From the NCBI GenBank assembly GCA_964491445.1, contig CAZBFY010000001.1:1-31467 (forward strand): a stretch of 31,467 nucleotides of DNA. The letters are read 5' to 3'. Below the pieces are notes generated by a model. The model was not told the origin of the DNA and searched no databases. It saw only the letters and a program-made list of their open reading frames with translations. A program made the position numbers and the translations under genes. This document shows, in pieces, positions 15,730-24,692 of the stretch. Position 1 is the stretch's first letter. Every line of letters begins with the position of its first letter. The DNA comes from an uncultured Mycoplasma sp. (GTDB lineage: Bacteria > Bacillota_I > Bacilli_A > RF39 > UBA660).

Positions 15730-16884
15730 ATGATTAATTATTTTTGGATAGAGATAAAGGGTAAGAATCCAAAGAAGTTTTTAACTAAGGTATTAAAGCT
15801 TAAAATAAATATAGAGAGTATAAAGTATGAAAGGGATAGGGTTTTATTAAAAGTATCATATGATGATTATAAGAAAATTAAACAGATTAATACTATATAT
15901 GAGATAAATATAATAAGAACTTGTGGTAAGAGAAGAGTAATAGAAATACTTGATAAGTATAAAGTACTAATATTAACTTTTATTATAAGTATTTTTTTCT
16001 TAGTGGTAATTTCTAATAGAATATTATTTATAGATATTGATACTGATAATAAGTCTATGAAAGCTTTGATAAAAGAGTCTTTAAGGGATAATAATATAAT
16101 GCTTTATTCAAGAAAAAGAAGCTATGATGTGTTAAATAAAGTTACTAAGAGTATAAAGAATAACAATTTAGATAAAATTGAATGGATAGAGTTAGAGCAA
16201 AAAGGAGTTTATTTAAATGTAAGGGTAATTGAGAGGGTATCTAGTAGTACTAAAGAGGATACAAGTTTTAAGGATATTGTTGCTAGTAAGAATGGTTATA
16301 TAAGAAAGGTTTATTCTAGAAAGGGACAGCTTTTAAAGAATATAGATGATTATGTAAAAAAGGGTGATGTTATAATAAGTGGTAATATTTATAGGAATGA
16401 TAAAGTAATAGATAAAGTAAGAGCAGAGGGAAAGGTATATGCTGAGGTTTGGTATATTGTAAAGGTAAATGATGCTTTGAGACATTCTACGTTAGTAGAG
16501 AAAGATAAAGGTGTTAAAAGATTAGTTTTAAGGGTGAATAATAAGGAAATATCACTTTTATCTATTCCTAAGGAAGTAGTTTCAAATAGTAAAAGGACTT
16601 TGTATAAGAATAATTCTTTTTCGTTATATATAAAAAATGAGATAAATTATATAAAAAAAGATGAAAAGAGGAGTGAGTTTGTATTAAAGAAAATACTTGA
16701 GGAAAGGGCTAAGAGTGCTATTAATAATACTTTAGATAAAGATGAGTATATAATTAAGCAAAAAACTTTGAAAAAGTATGTTAAAGATGGTAAAATGTAT
16801 ATAGAAGTTTTTTTTAAGACGTATGAGGATATTTCACTTATAAAGGATATTAAAGAAGAAATAGATAAAGAAGAAGAGGAATAG
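15730..16884 (+). CDS. yqfD: YqfD (stage IV sporulation) family protein
   Basis: IEIKG.NP.KFL N-terminus, TM helix, IEWIEL..KGV.L.V.V.ER, DIVASKNGYI, VKKGDVIISG, AEGKVYAEVWY motifs. Start ATG 15730 after GGTGA. Confidence 0.85.
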   Translation: MINYFWIEIKGKNPKKFLTKVLKLKINIESIKYERDRVLLKVSYDDYKKIKQINTIYEINIIRTCGKRRVIEILDKYKVLILTFIISIFFLVVISNRILFIDIDTDNKSMKALIKESLRDNNIMLYSRKRSYDVLNKVTKSIKNNNLDKIEWIELEQKGVYLNVRVIERVSSSTKEDTSFKDIVASKNGYIRKVYSRKGQLLKNIDDYVKKGDVIISGNIYRNDKVIDKVRAEGKVYAEVWYIVKVNDALRHSTLVEKDKGVKRLVLRVNNKEISLLSIPKEVVSNSKRTLYKNNSFSLYIKNEINYIKKDEKRSEFVLKKILEERAKSAINNTLDKDEYIIKQKTLKKYVKDGKMYIEVFFKTYEDISLIKDIKEEIDKEEEE

Positions 16885-16887
16885 TGT

Positions 16888-17490
16888 ATGATTGAAGGTT
16901 TAAAGTATCAAATATTATCATTACTTGGGTTTTCTTGGCCTATGATTGCTATTGGGGTTATAATAGCAGTTTTGCTTAGAATTACGTATCTTTTAGTTAA
17001 TAAAGAGAAGTTAGTTATTCATGAAGAATTATTTAAGTTATGTTCTATTATTTATATACTATGTCTTTTTTATGTAGTAACGTTTCAAGATGTTAGCTGG
17101 TCTTCGCATAATTATATTCCTTTTAAAGAAATATTAAGATATGATTTTGGAAGTGGGCTTTTTTATAAAAATATATTTGGTAATATGTTATTGTTTTTAC
17201 CATATGGTATTTTTATAGCTAAGTATGTTAAGTTAAAGAGTCCTGTAATACTTGGAATAATAGCATTTATAACGTCTCTTTCTATTGAAGTTATTCAGTT
17301 TTTAATAGGTAGGGTATTTGATGTAGATGATATAATATTAAATGTAGTAGGTTGTTTAATTGGATTTTTTATTTATAATGTATTTAAAAAGTTTAATAGT
17401 AAATTACCAAATATATTCCATAAAGATATATTTTGGGATATAATATCAGTAGTTGCACTAGGAGGTTTAGTATGGTTTTTAATTCCTTAA
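16888..17490 (+). CDS. VanZ family membrane protein
   Basis: NYIPF, NIFGNMLLFLPYG, SLSIEVIQF, RVFDVDDIILNVVG motifs. Confidence 0.9.
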   Translation: MIEGLKYQILSLLGFSWPMIAIGVIIAVLLRITYLLVNKEKLVIHEELFKLCSIIYILCLFYVVTFQDVSWSSHNYIPFKEILRYDFGSGLFYKNIFGNMLLFLPYGIFIAKYVKLKSPVILGIIAFITSLSIEVIQFLIGRVFDVDDIILNVVGCLIGFFIYNVFKKFNSKLPNIFHKDIFWDIISVVALGGLVWFLIP

Positions 17491-17924
17491 ATAGATTTAG
17501 TATTTATAATAAGACTGATAAGAATATAGAAAAAGAGATAAAGAGTATAAAGAAGTATGTAAGGAAGTGTTTAAGATTAGAAAGAGTAAAGAATGCTAGG
17601 TTTAATATAATTTTAACTGATAATAAAGAAATAAAAGAGTTAAATAGTAAGTATAGGAATATTAATAAAGTAACAGATGTAATAAGTTTTGCTTTAGAAG
17701 ATGAAAAGGAAGAGAATTTCTTTTTAAAAAAGAGAGTACTTGGAGATATTTATATATCAGTTGATAAAGCAGAATCTCAGAGTAAGGAATATAAACACTC
17801 ACTTAAAAGGGAATTATCGTTTTTGAGTGTACATGGTCTTTTACATTTATTAGGCTATGATCATATAGAAAAAGAAGATGAAAAAATAATGTTTAGGTTA
17901 CAGGAGAGGATATTAGATGAATAA
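17472..17924 (+). CDS. ybeY: rRNA maturation endoribonuclease YbeY
   Basis: LNSKYRNINKVTDVISF, LGDIYIS, HGLLHLLGYDH zinc motif; GGAGG-N6-ATG at 17472. Confidence 0.95.
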   Translation: MVFNSLNRFSIYNKTDKNIEKEIKSIKKYVRKCLRLERVKNARFNIILTDNKEIKELNSKYRNINKVTDVISFALEDEKEENFFLKKRVLGDIYISVDKAESQSKEYKHSLKRELSFLSVHGLLHLLGYDHIEKEDEKIMFRLQERILDE

Positions 17925-18321
17925 TAAAGATAAGGAAATGTTTAAAAGAAATAGAAAGAGTTTAAAGAGGTTTACTAAGTCATTTGGATATGCTGAAGAG
18001 GGAATAAGATATGCTTTTTATCATGAACAAAATATTATAGTAATGTTTGTTATGGGTATAATTGCTATTGTAATGGGTCTTATATTTAATATAAGTTATT
18101 TAGAAAGATTAGTTATAATACTTTTAACAGGTATAATACTTTCACTTGAGATGTTAAATACTGCAATAGAGGCTGTTGTAAATTTACATGATGGTGATAA
18201 AAAAAGTAAGTATGGTAAAATTGCTAAAGACTGTGCAAGTGGAGCAGTAGCACTAGCTTCTTTATTTGCTTTTCTAATTGGATTAATTATTTTTGTACCA
18301 CATATAATAAATTTATTTTAA
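17917..18321 (+). CDS. dgkA: Diacylglycerol/undecaprenol kinase
   Basis: SFGYAEEGI, EMLNTAIEAVV, AKDCASGAV motifs; conserved position after ybeY. Confidence 0.93.
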   Translation: MNNKDKEMFKRNRKSLKRFTKSFGYAEEGIRYAFYHEQNIIVMFVMGIIAIVMGLIFNISYLERLVIILLTGIILSLEMLNTAIEAVVNLHDGDKKSKYGKIAKDCASGAVALASLFAFLIGLIIFVPHIINLF

Positions 18322-18331
18322 GGAGAATGTT

Positions 18332-18712
18332 ATGTTAGAAAAATTAAAAGAAGTAATAAAAAATTCATATGCTCCATATTCAAATTTTCATGTAGGGGCT
18401 ATATTGGTTACTAAAGATGGAAAAGAGTATACTGGAGTAAATATAGAAAATGCATCTTTTGGGGCTACTATATGTGCTGAAAGAGTTGCTATAACAAAAG
18501 CAGTAAGTGAGGGTTATAAAGAATTTAAAGAGATTCATATAATATGTGATAGTAAGAAAGGTGCTATGCCATGTTTTCTATGCAGACAAGTATTTGTAGA
18601 ATTTTTTGATTCTAGTACTATGATATATGTTTATAATAAAGATGGAGTACGAGAAGAATATACTCTAGAAGATATTTGTACTTATCCTTTTTCTAAAGGA
18701 GATTTAAAATGA
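18332..18712 (+). CDS. cdd: Cytidine deaminase
   Basis: SYAPYSNFHVGA, GVNIENAS, CAERVA, PCFLCRQ. Confidence 0.96.
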   Translation: MLEKLKEVIKNSYAPYSNFHVGAILVTKDGKEYTGVNIENASFGATICAERVAITKAVSEGYKEFKEIHIICDSKKGAMPCFLCRQVFVEFFDSSTMIYVYNKDGVREEYTLEDICTYPFSKGDLK

Positions 18713-19593
18713 AAAGTGGTTTTGTAAGTATAGTAGGAAGACCTAATGTAGGTAAAAGTACTCTTCTTAATAAACTAATTAATAAAAAACTTGCAATAAC
18801 TTCAGATAAAGTAGGAACTACAAGAAATAATATATATGGTATATATAATGAAAAAGATACTCAAATAGTATTTATAGATACTCCTGGAATAGGTAGAGCA
18901 ACTGATAAACTAGGAGAGACTTTAAATAAGAAAGCATATTTGTCTTTTGAAAATGATTTAGTTTTATTTTTAGTGGATATAGCAAGTGGTTTTGGCAAGA
19001 ATGATGAAAAAATACTAGAAAAGTTAAAGAAAGAAAATAAAGAAGTAATATTAGTATTAAATAAAATAGATAAGATTACAAAAGAACAATTATTTAAAGA
19101 AATATTAAGTTTAAAAGATTTATATGATTTTAAAGAAGTAGTGCCTATTTCAGGATTAAAAGGTAAGAATACAGATGAGCTTATAAAAGCTATAAAGAAA
19201 CACTTAAAAGATGATATAAAGTATTTTGAAGATGATACTATTACTAATACAAGTGAAGAGTTTATGATTGGAGAGATTATAAGAGAAAAAGTATTAAATT
19301 TAACAAAAGAGGAAGTACCACATTCTGTAACTTGTGTAGTAGAACATTTAGAGTTTAAAAAGGGTATAGCAAATATTAATGCTTTAGTAGTAGTAGATAG
19401 AAAGAATTTAAAGAAAATAATTATTGGTAAGAATGGTTCTATGTTAAAGAAAATAGGAATGCTTGCAAGAAAAGATATTGAAGAGTATCTAAATATAAAA
19501 GTTTATTTAGAATTATATGTAAAAACTATAGAAAATTGGAAAAATAAAGAAGAAATGTTTGATTTTTTAAAAATAACTGAAAAAGATTTATAA
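18709..19593 (+). CDS. era: GTPase Era
   Basis: GRPNVGKSTL, DTPG, NKID, EEVPHS, KH-domain IIGKNGSMLK. Confidence 0.97.
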   Translation: MKSGFVSIVGRPNVGKSTLLNKLINKKLAITSDKVGTTRNNIYGIYNEKDTQIVFIDTPGIGRATDKLGETLNKKAYLSFENDLVLFLVDIASGFGKNDEKILEKLKKENKEVILVLNKIDKITKEQLFKEILSLKDLYDFKEVVPISGLKGKNTDELIKAIKKHLKDDIKYFEDDTITNTSEEFMIGEIIREKVLNLTKEEVPHSVTCVVEHLEFKKGIANINALVVVDRKNLKKIIIGKNGSMLKKIGMLARKDIEEYLNIKVYLELYVKTIENWKNKEEMFDFLKITEKDL

Positions 19594-19624
19594 AAAAGTA
19601 TCACTATATATATAGGTGATAAAA

Positions 19625-19732
19625 ATGAAAGATAAAATATGGAATTTATTTAAAATAACTGGAGATATAAAATACTATATGTTATATAAAGAAATGGAGA
19701 ATGTTGAAGAAAGTGCAAATCTTAAAGATTAA
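19625..19732 (+). CDS. yqzL: YqzL-family small protein (35 aa), absent from ORF track
   Basis: MKDKIWNLFKITGDIKYYMLYKEMENVEESANLKD*; W-x-x-F-x-x-TG-x-I-x-x-Y-x-x-Y/FKE pattern; GGTGA RBS; era-yqzL-recO order as in Bacillus. Confidence 0.85.
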   Translation: MKDKIWNLFKITGDIKYYMLYKEMENVEESANLKD

Positions 19733-20412
19733 AGGTATAGTAATAAATGATACTAATTATAGTGAATCAAGTAAAATATTAAATATCAAAGGGTTGTAGG
19801 GGTTATAAATCAAAATTAAGAAGTGTATCATGTAAGATGACATATGGTTATTTTTACATAAATTATAAAGAAAATACTTTATCAACTTTAGTAGAAGCTG
19901 ATGTAATAAATGAGTTTAAAAGTATTAAAACAGATTTAAAGAAAATAGGATATGCTGTGTACTTATTAGATTTAGCAAAACAAGTAGAAAAACAAAATAC
20001 AAATGATAGAGAAGAAATATTTAGTATTTTAGAAGAATCACTTTTAAAGATAGAAAATAGTTTTGAACCTAGTATAATAACTAATATAGTAGAGTTAAAA
20101 TATTTATCATTTTTAGGAGTTGAACCAGTACTAGATAGATGTAGTATATGTAATAATAAACAAGATATTATAACTATAAATAGTGATGCTGGAGGATATA
20201 TTTGTAAGAATTGTTATACAAATGAGTATATAACTGATGAGAAGACATTAAAGTTATTAAGAATGTTTGATTTTGTAGATATATCAAAAATAAAAGAATT
20301 AAATATTTTGGATAAGAATAAAAAAGAAATAAATAAGTTTTTAGAAGATTATTATAGTAAATATACTGGTTTATATTTAAAATCAAAAGATTTTTTAAGT
20401 CAAATTAAGTAA
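19713..20412 (+). pseudogene. recO: DNA repair protein RecO with N-terminal deletion/frameshift
   Basis: GTG 19713 frame: MQILKIKGIVINDTNYSESSKILNI then stop at 19797. A second frame from 19786 reads SKGCRGYKSKLRSVSCKMTYG... through the zinc finger CSIC/ICKNC to 20412. Confidence 0.85.
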
Positions 20413-20499
20413 GTTTGAGAATTTACTTTTTTTTAATATTTTCTTTTAAAAATTAATAATTTATGTTATTATTTGTTTAATATTTAAGGAGGAATTAAT

Positions 20500-21057
20500 A
20501 TGAAGAGAAATATTATATCATTAAGTGGAGATTTAGCATCTGGAAAAGGGACTGTTTCTAAACTTTTAATGGATAAACTTTCATTTGGTATTTATAGAAA
20601 TGGAGAATATTTTAGAAAACTTGCAAAGGAATCAGGGATGAGTCTTGAAGACTTTGGTAAGTATGTAGAGAAACATCCAGAAATAGACGAGAAAATAGAA
20701 AATAGTGCTAGGGAATATGCTTGTTGTCATGATAATTTTGTTATAGATGCAAGACTTGGTTTTTATGCTGTGCCTGAATCATTTAAAGTATATTTAAAAG
20801 TGGATATAGATGAGGCTGCAAGAAGAGCATTTTTAGATGATAAAAGAAAAGAACTTGAAAACTTTTCTACTGTGGAAGAACATAAACAAGCTTTGATAGA
20901 AAGATTTAATTGTGAAAATGAAAGATATTTTAAACTTTATAAGATTAGAAAAGAAGATTTAAGTAATTATGATTTAGTAGTAGATACTACAAACTTAACA
21001 CCAGATGAAGTTTCAAATATTATTATAAAAGAGTATAATATTTGGAAAAATAATTAA
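20500..21057 (+). CDS. cmk: Cytidylate kinase, archaeal-type (CMP/dCMP kinase)
   Basis: ISLSGDLASGKGTV, GEYFRKLA, EIDEKIE, VIDARLG, FKVYL, YDLVVDTT pattern of the short archaeal-type family. Confidence 0.75.
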   Translation: MKRNIISLSGDLASGKGTVSKLLMDKLSFGIYRNGEYFRKLAKESGMSLEDFGKYVEKHPEIDEKIENSAREYACCHDNFVIDARLGFYAVPESFKVYLKVDIDEAARRAFLDDKRKELENFSTVEEHKQALIERFNCENERYFKLYKIRKEDLSNYDLVVDTTNLTPDEVSNIIIKEYNIWKNN

Positions 21058-21111
21058 TTGCAACTGAAAGTATACAAAAAGAAACTAAAATTTGGTAGTG
21101 TTGCATACTTT
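21045..21111 (+). repeat. 67-bp direct repeat, left copy (includes last codons and stop of cmk)
   Basis: gaaaataattaattgcaactgaaagtatacaaaaagaaactaaaatttggtagtgttgcatacttt-type sequence; 65/67 identical to 22668-22734. Confidence 0.95.
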
Positions 21112-21156
21112 TCTTTTGATAAATACTGTTTTATTTATTAAAAACAGATAAATATT

Positions 21157-21208
21157 TAAACTAAATGACCCACTTGGTATTGACTTAGTGAGTCTTTTAG
21201 TTTAAAAT
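21157..21208 (+). promoter_or_regulatory. AbiE promoter with overlapping 18-bp inverted-repeat operator
   Basis: TTGACT (21180-21185)-17-TAAAAT (21203-21208); arms taaactaaatgacccact (21157-21174) and agtgagtcttttagttta (21187-21204), 16/18 complementary. Confidence 0.8.
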
Positions 21209-21225
21209 TGTATCAGGTGATTTAA

Positions 21226-21765
21226 ATGTTATATTTTCATAAAGAGTTAAAAGAAAAATTAAAATCTGATTATCAAATACAAAAGGCAGTAAGGGATAAA
21301 AAGTATTTTAAAGTATATGATGGATTATATTCAGATAAGTCTGATATTGATTATATTGAAATAATTGCTAAAAAATTTCCAAACTTTGTTTTATATGGAG
21401 AATCTGCCTATTACTATCATAATCTTACTGATTTTATCCCAAGTAAGATTGTTTTAGCGACAACTAAGAATAGTAAAATTAGATTAAAGTTTGTAAAGCA
21501 AGTTAGATTAACTGATGAATTATTTAATATAGGAATAATGAAGACTCAAATAAATGGTATAACAATTAATATATATGATAAAGAGAGAATGCTTATTGAA
21601 CTTGTTAGAAATAAAAATAGAATAGGATATGATATGTATAAAGAAATAGTTATAAATTATAGGAAAATTGTGGATATTCTTGATATGGAAAAAATAGAAA
21701 ACTATTTGTCATATTTTCCTTATGCCGATAAACTTTTTGAAATAATGCAAGATGAGGTGTTTTAA
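21226..21765 (+). CDS. AbiEi-family type IV antitoxin / transcriptional regulator
   Basis: YFKVYDGLY, ESAYYYHNLTD.IP, IYDKERMLIEL motifs; ATGA-type coupling to the toxin. Confidence 0.85.
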   Translation: MLYFHKELKEKLKSDYQIQKAVRDKKYFKVYDGLYSDKSDIDYIEIIAKKFPNFVLYGESAYYYHNLTDFIPSKIVLATTKNSKIRLKFVKQVRLTDELFNIGIMKTQINGITINIYDKERMLIELVRNKNRIGYDMYKEIVINYRKIVDILDMEKIENYLSYFPYADKLFEIMQDEVF

Positions 21766-22586
21766 TGAATTTGAATAATCTTGTTAATAATTATTTATTA
21801 TTAGGATATGGGTTAGTTGATGCACAATCTAAAGTATGTCAAGATTTGATTTTGTATACAATAGGTAAAAGTAAATATGCATATAATATCACTATTAAGG
21901 GTGGGGTAGTAATGCATAATATAAGTAAAAGTACAAGACGTGCTACGAGAGATTTAGATTTAGATTTTATCAAATATTCTCTTGATAATAGTTCAATATT
22001 AAAATTTATAAATGAACTAAATGAGAGTGATCAGCAATTAACAATAGAAATAATTGGTAATATTGAAAGCTTGCATCATCAACTATATGATGGTAAACGT
22101 GTTAATGTATTAATTACTGATTATTATGGTAATTCTTTAAAAACTAAATTAGATATTGGAGTGCATAAATATTTTGAATTAAAACAAGATGAGTATATAT
22201 TTGATTTAGATATTATAAATGGAAGTGTATCACTACTCATAAATTCACCTGAGCAAATAGTATGTGAAAAATTGAGATCTTTATTAAAGTTTGGTATTCG
22301 TTCTACTAGGTATAAAGATGTTTTTGATTTTTATTATTTAATAAGCAATAATTTTTTAAATAAAGATAGATTATTTAAATATATTGACTTATTAATTATT
22401 AAAGATAAAAATATAAATCAAGATACAATCAATGATGTAATATTGAGATTAAAAACCATTTTTAATAATAAAAGATATATTGAAAAACTAGATAATGCAA
22501 GAAGTAATTGGATTAATGTTCCAGTAAGAGAGGTAATTGATGTTGTTATTTCTTTCTTTAAATCTTTAGAGACTATTAAGTTATAA
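21765..22586 (+). CDS. AbiEii-family nucleotidyltransferase toxin
   Basis: IKGG...RATRDLD (GG-x-DxD NTase motif), EKL and RYKDVFD motifs. Confidence 0.9.
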   Translation: MNLNNLVNNYLLLGYGLVDAQSKVCQDLILYTIGKSKYAYNITIKGGVVMHNISKSTRRATRDLDLDFIKYSLDNSSILKFINELNESDQQLTIEIIGNIESLHHQLYDGKRVNVLITDYYGNSLKTKLDIGVHKYFELKQDEYIFDLDIINGSVSLLINSPEQIVCEKLRSLLKFGIRSTRYKDVFDFYYLISNNFLNKDRLFKYIDLLIIKDKNINQDTINDVILRLKTIFNNKRYIEKLDNARSNWINVPVREVIDVVISFFKSLETIKL

Positions 22587-22667
22587 TAAATAGTTATATG
22601 TTTTAAAACTGTTGTAAAGAAGTATGTTGTTTTGTAAAAAATAGAGAAGAATGTCTTTAAACAAAGT

Positions 22668-22734
22668 GAAAAATAGTTAATTGCAACTGAAAGTATACAA
22701 AAAGAAACTAAAATTTGGTAGTGTTACATACTTT
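22668..22734 (+). repeat. 67-bp direct repeat, right copy
   Basis: Matches 21045-21111 except at two positions. Confidence 0.95.
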
Positions 22735-22767
22735 ATTTATAATAAAATATCGGTGGAGGTTGATAAA

Positions 22768-24096
22768 ATGAAATTTTGTGATAAGTTGCCAAAGCTTAGA
22801 AAGGATAATAATTTATCTCAAGAAAAACTTGCAGATTTACTAGGAGTATCAAGACAAGCAGTATCAAAGTGGGAGTCTGGTTCTTCTTATCCAGATATGG
22901 AAAAACTAAATAAATTATGTAAAATACTAAATTGTACTTTAGAAGACTTATTAGATGATGGTAGTATTAGTAAAACAAATAAAGTTAGTTTTAATACTTA
23001 TATAAATGATTTTTTAAAATTAATAACTAATATATATAATATGTTCTTTGCCATGGGTTTAAAAGAAAAAATAAAGTGTTTATTAGAAATGCTTTTTATT
23101 ATATTAGTTCTTTGGGTATTATCTTTTATAGTATTTACTTTTTGTAATAGTTTTATATTTAATTTATTTTTAAATATACCTAAACTAGGTGTATATATAG
23201 ATTATATATTAGAAAATATAACTATGATAATATTATTTATAATAGATTTAATAATATTTATTCATTTATTTAAAATTAGATATTTAGATTATTATATAAC
23301 AGTAGAAGATCAAAATATAAAAGAAAAACAAATAGAAAAAGAAAAAATAAATAAAGAACGTATTATAATAAGAGATCCAAAACATTCTAGTTTTAGTATA
23401 TTTAATATGTTAGCAAGTATAATAGTAGTAGTTTTAAAAATATTGTTTGTAATACTTTTATTATTTATATCATTTTTCTTTATATGTTTATTAGTTTTTT
23501 TAATACTTGCAATATATCATATAAAATATAGTATATTATTTATTTTTGTAACTAGTTTAATACTAGGAGTATTACTAATAAATTATGATTTAATATATCT
23601 TGCTTATAACTTTATATTTTCTAGGAAACAAAATATAAAGAGAGTATTTATTATATTTATAAGTGGTTTATTTGTATCGGGTGTTTCTTTGGGATTAATA
23701 CTTTTAGTGTATTTATCTTTTGATAAAGAAAATGAAATGCCTAGTAGTTTTAAAAATGATGATATAGTTACTGTAAAGATGGAAGATAATCTTATTATAC
23801 ATAATGATGATGTGGTATATAAGATAGATAATTCTATAAAGGATATAGAAATTAAGAATAGTTTTAAGGGTGCTGTAGTAGAAGAAGATTATATGTATTC
23901 ATCATTAAAAGAGTATAAAGTTATATATTTTAAAGATGATAGTAATGTGTTATTAGAATTATTATTTGAGGATATAAAGAATAGTAAAACAAGAGATTAT
24001 AGTAAAGTATTAGATGATTCTATAGTAATTAGTGTTTCTTTGGATAATTATAATAAATTATGTAATAATTATACAGAGTATATAAATGATAATTAG
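22768..24096 (+). CDS. XRE-family HTH regulator fused to multi-TM domain
   Basis: LRKDNNLSQEKLADLLGVSRQAVSKWESG..YPD HTH followed by several TM segments; start ATG 22768 after GGAGG. Confidence 0.85.
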   Translation: MKFCDKLPKLRKDNNLSQEKLADLLGVSRQAVSKWESGSSYPDMEKLNKLCKILNCTLEDLLDDGSISKTNKVSFNTYINDFLKLITNIYNMFFAMGLKEKIKCLLEMLFIILVLWVLSFIVFTFCNSFIFNLFLNIPKLGVYIDYILENITMIILFIIDLIIFIHLFKIRYLDYYITVEDQNIKEKQIEKEKINKERIIIRDPKHSSFSIFNMLASIIVVVLKILFVILLLFISFFFICLLVFLILAIYHIKYSILFIFVTSLILGVLLINYDLIYLAYNFIFSRKQNIKRVFIIFISGLFVSGVSLGLILLVYLSFDKENEMPSSFKNDDIVTVKMEDNLIIHNDDVVYKIDNSIKDIEIKNSFKGAVVEEDYMYSSLKEYKVIYFKDDSNVLLELLFEDIKNSKTRDYSKVLDDSIVISVSLDNYNKLCNNYTEYINDN

Positions 24097-24218
24097 AAAT
24101 AGTAATTAGTGCTGTTTCTTTTTTTGTTAGTAAGTGTTATAATGGAGAAAAGATAAAAGTAGAAAAAATACTAACCTTTTTGGAAAAAATAACACTATAT
24201 TAGTGAAAGGTGATTAAT

Positions 24219-24692
24219 GTGGAAGAAGTTTACAATGAATATTATTATAAGATATATAATTATTTACTTAAGAAGACAAATAATAAAGAGGATGCAGAAG
24301 ATTTAACTAATAGTGTTTTTCTAACTATATTTGAGTATTTTAATAGAAATATAAAAATAGAGAAAATAGAGAATTTAATATGGAAAATTGCTTATAATTT
24401 GTGGTGCACCAAAGCAAAGGAGTATATAAATGAGAAGAATAACACTGGAGTTTTATTAGAAGATTTTGTAGGGTATACAGATAATGTGATAGATAAAATT
24501 ATATATAGAGAGATAGTAAATGATTTGGATAAGTTTAACTTGACAGAAAAAGAGATGAAATCTTTTAGGTTGTTCTACATAGAGGACCTTTCAATAAAAG
24601 ATATTAGCACTAGACTTAGTACTAAAGAGGGTAATATTAAGTATTATTTATATAGTGCAAGAAATAAGATAAAGGAGAGATATAATGAATAA
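24219..24692 (+). CDS. ECF-type RNA polymerase sigma factor
   Basis: Region 2 (YYKIYNYL...DAEDLTNSVF...KIAYN) and region 4 (LTEKEM..F.LFY.EDLSIKDIS......GNIKYYLYSARNKIK); GTG 24219 after GGTGA-N5. Confidence 0.9.
   Translation: MEEVYNEYYYKIYNYLLKKTNNKEDAEDLTNSVFLTIFEYFNRNIKIEKIENLIWKIAYNLWCTKAKEYINEKNNTGVLLEDFVGYTDNVIDKIIYREIVNDLDKFNLTEKEMKSFRLFYIEDLSIKDISTRLSTKEGNIKYYLYSARNKIKERYNE

Larger units (their letters stand above)
21045..22734. mobile_element. Direct-repeat-bounded AbiE cassette (1623-bp unit), no integrase
   Basis: TA operon with its own promoter exactly enclosed by repeats that duplicate the cmk 3' end. Confidence 0.6.

Noticed and set aside
20174-20386. 70-aa minus-strand ORF
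   Set aside because: Antisense shadow inside recO.
21054-21111. Integron attC site
   Set aside because: Has tgcaac...gttgca outer arms, but the inner arm's partner lies outside them, the GTTRRRY core is not matched and no intI is present.
22681-22767. N-terminal extension of the XRE-membrane protein
   Set aside because: It is a read-through of the direct repeat; the RBS points to ATG 22768.
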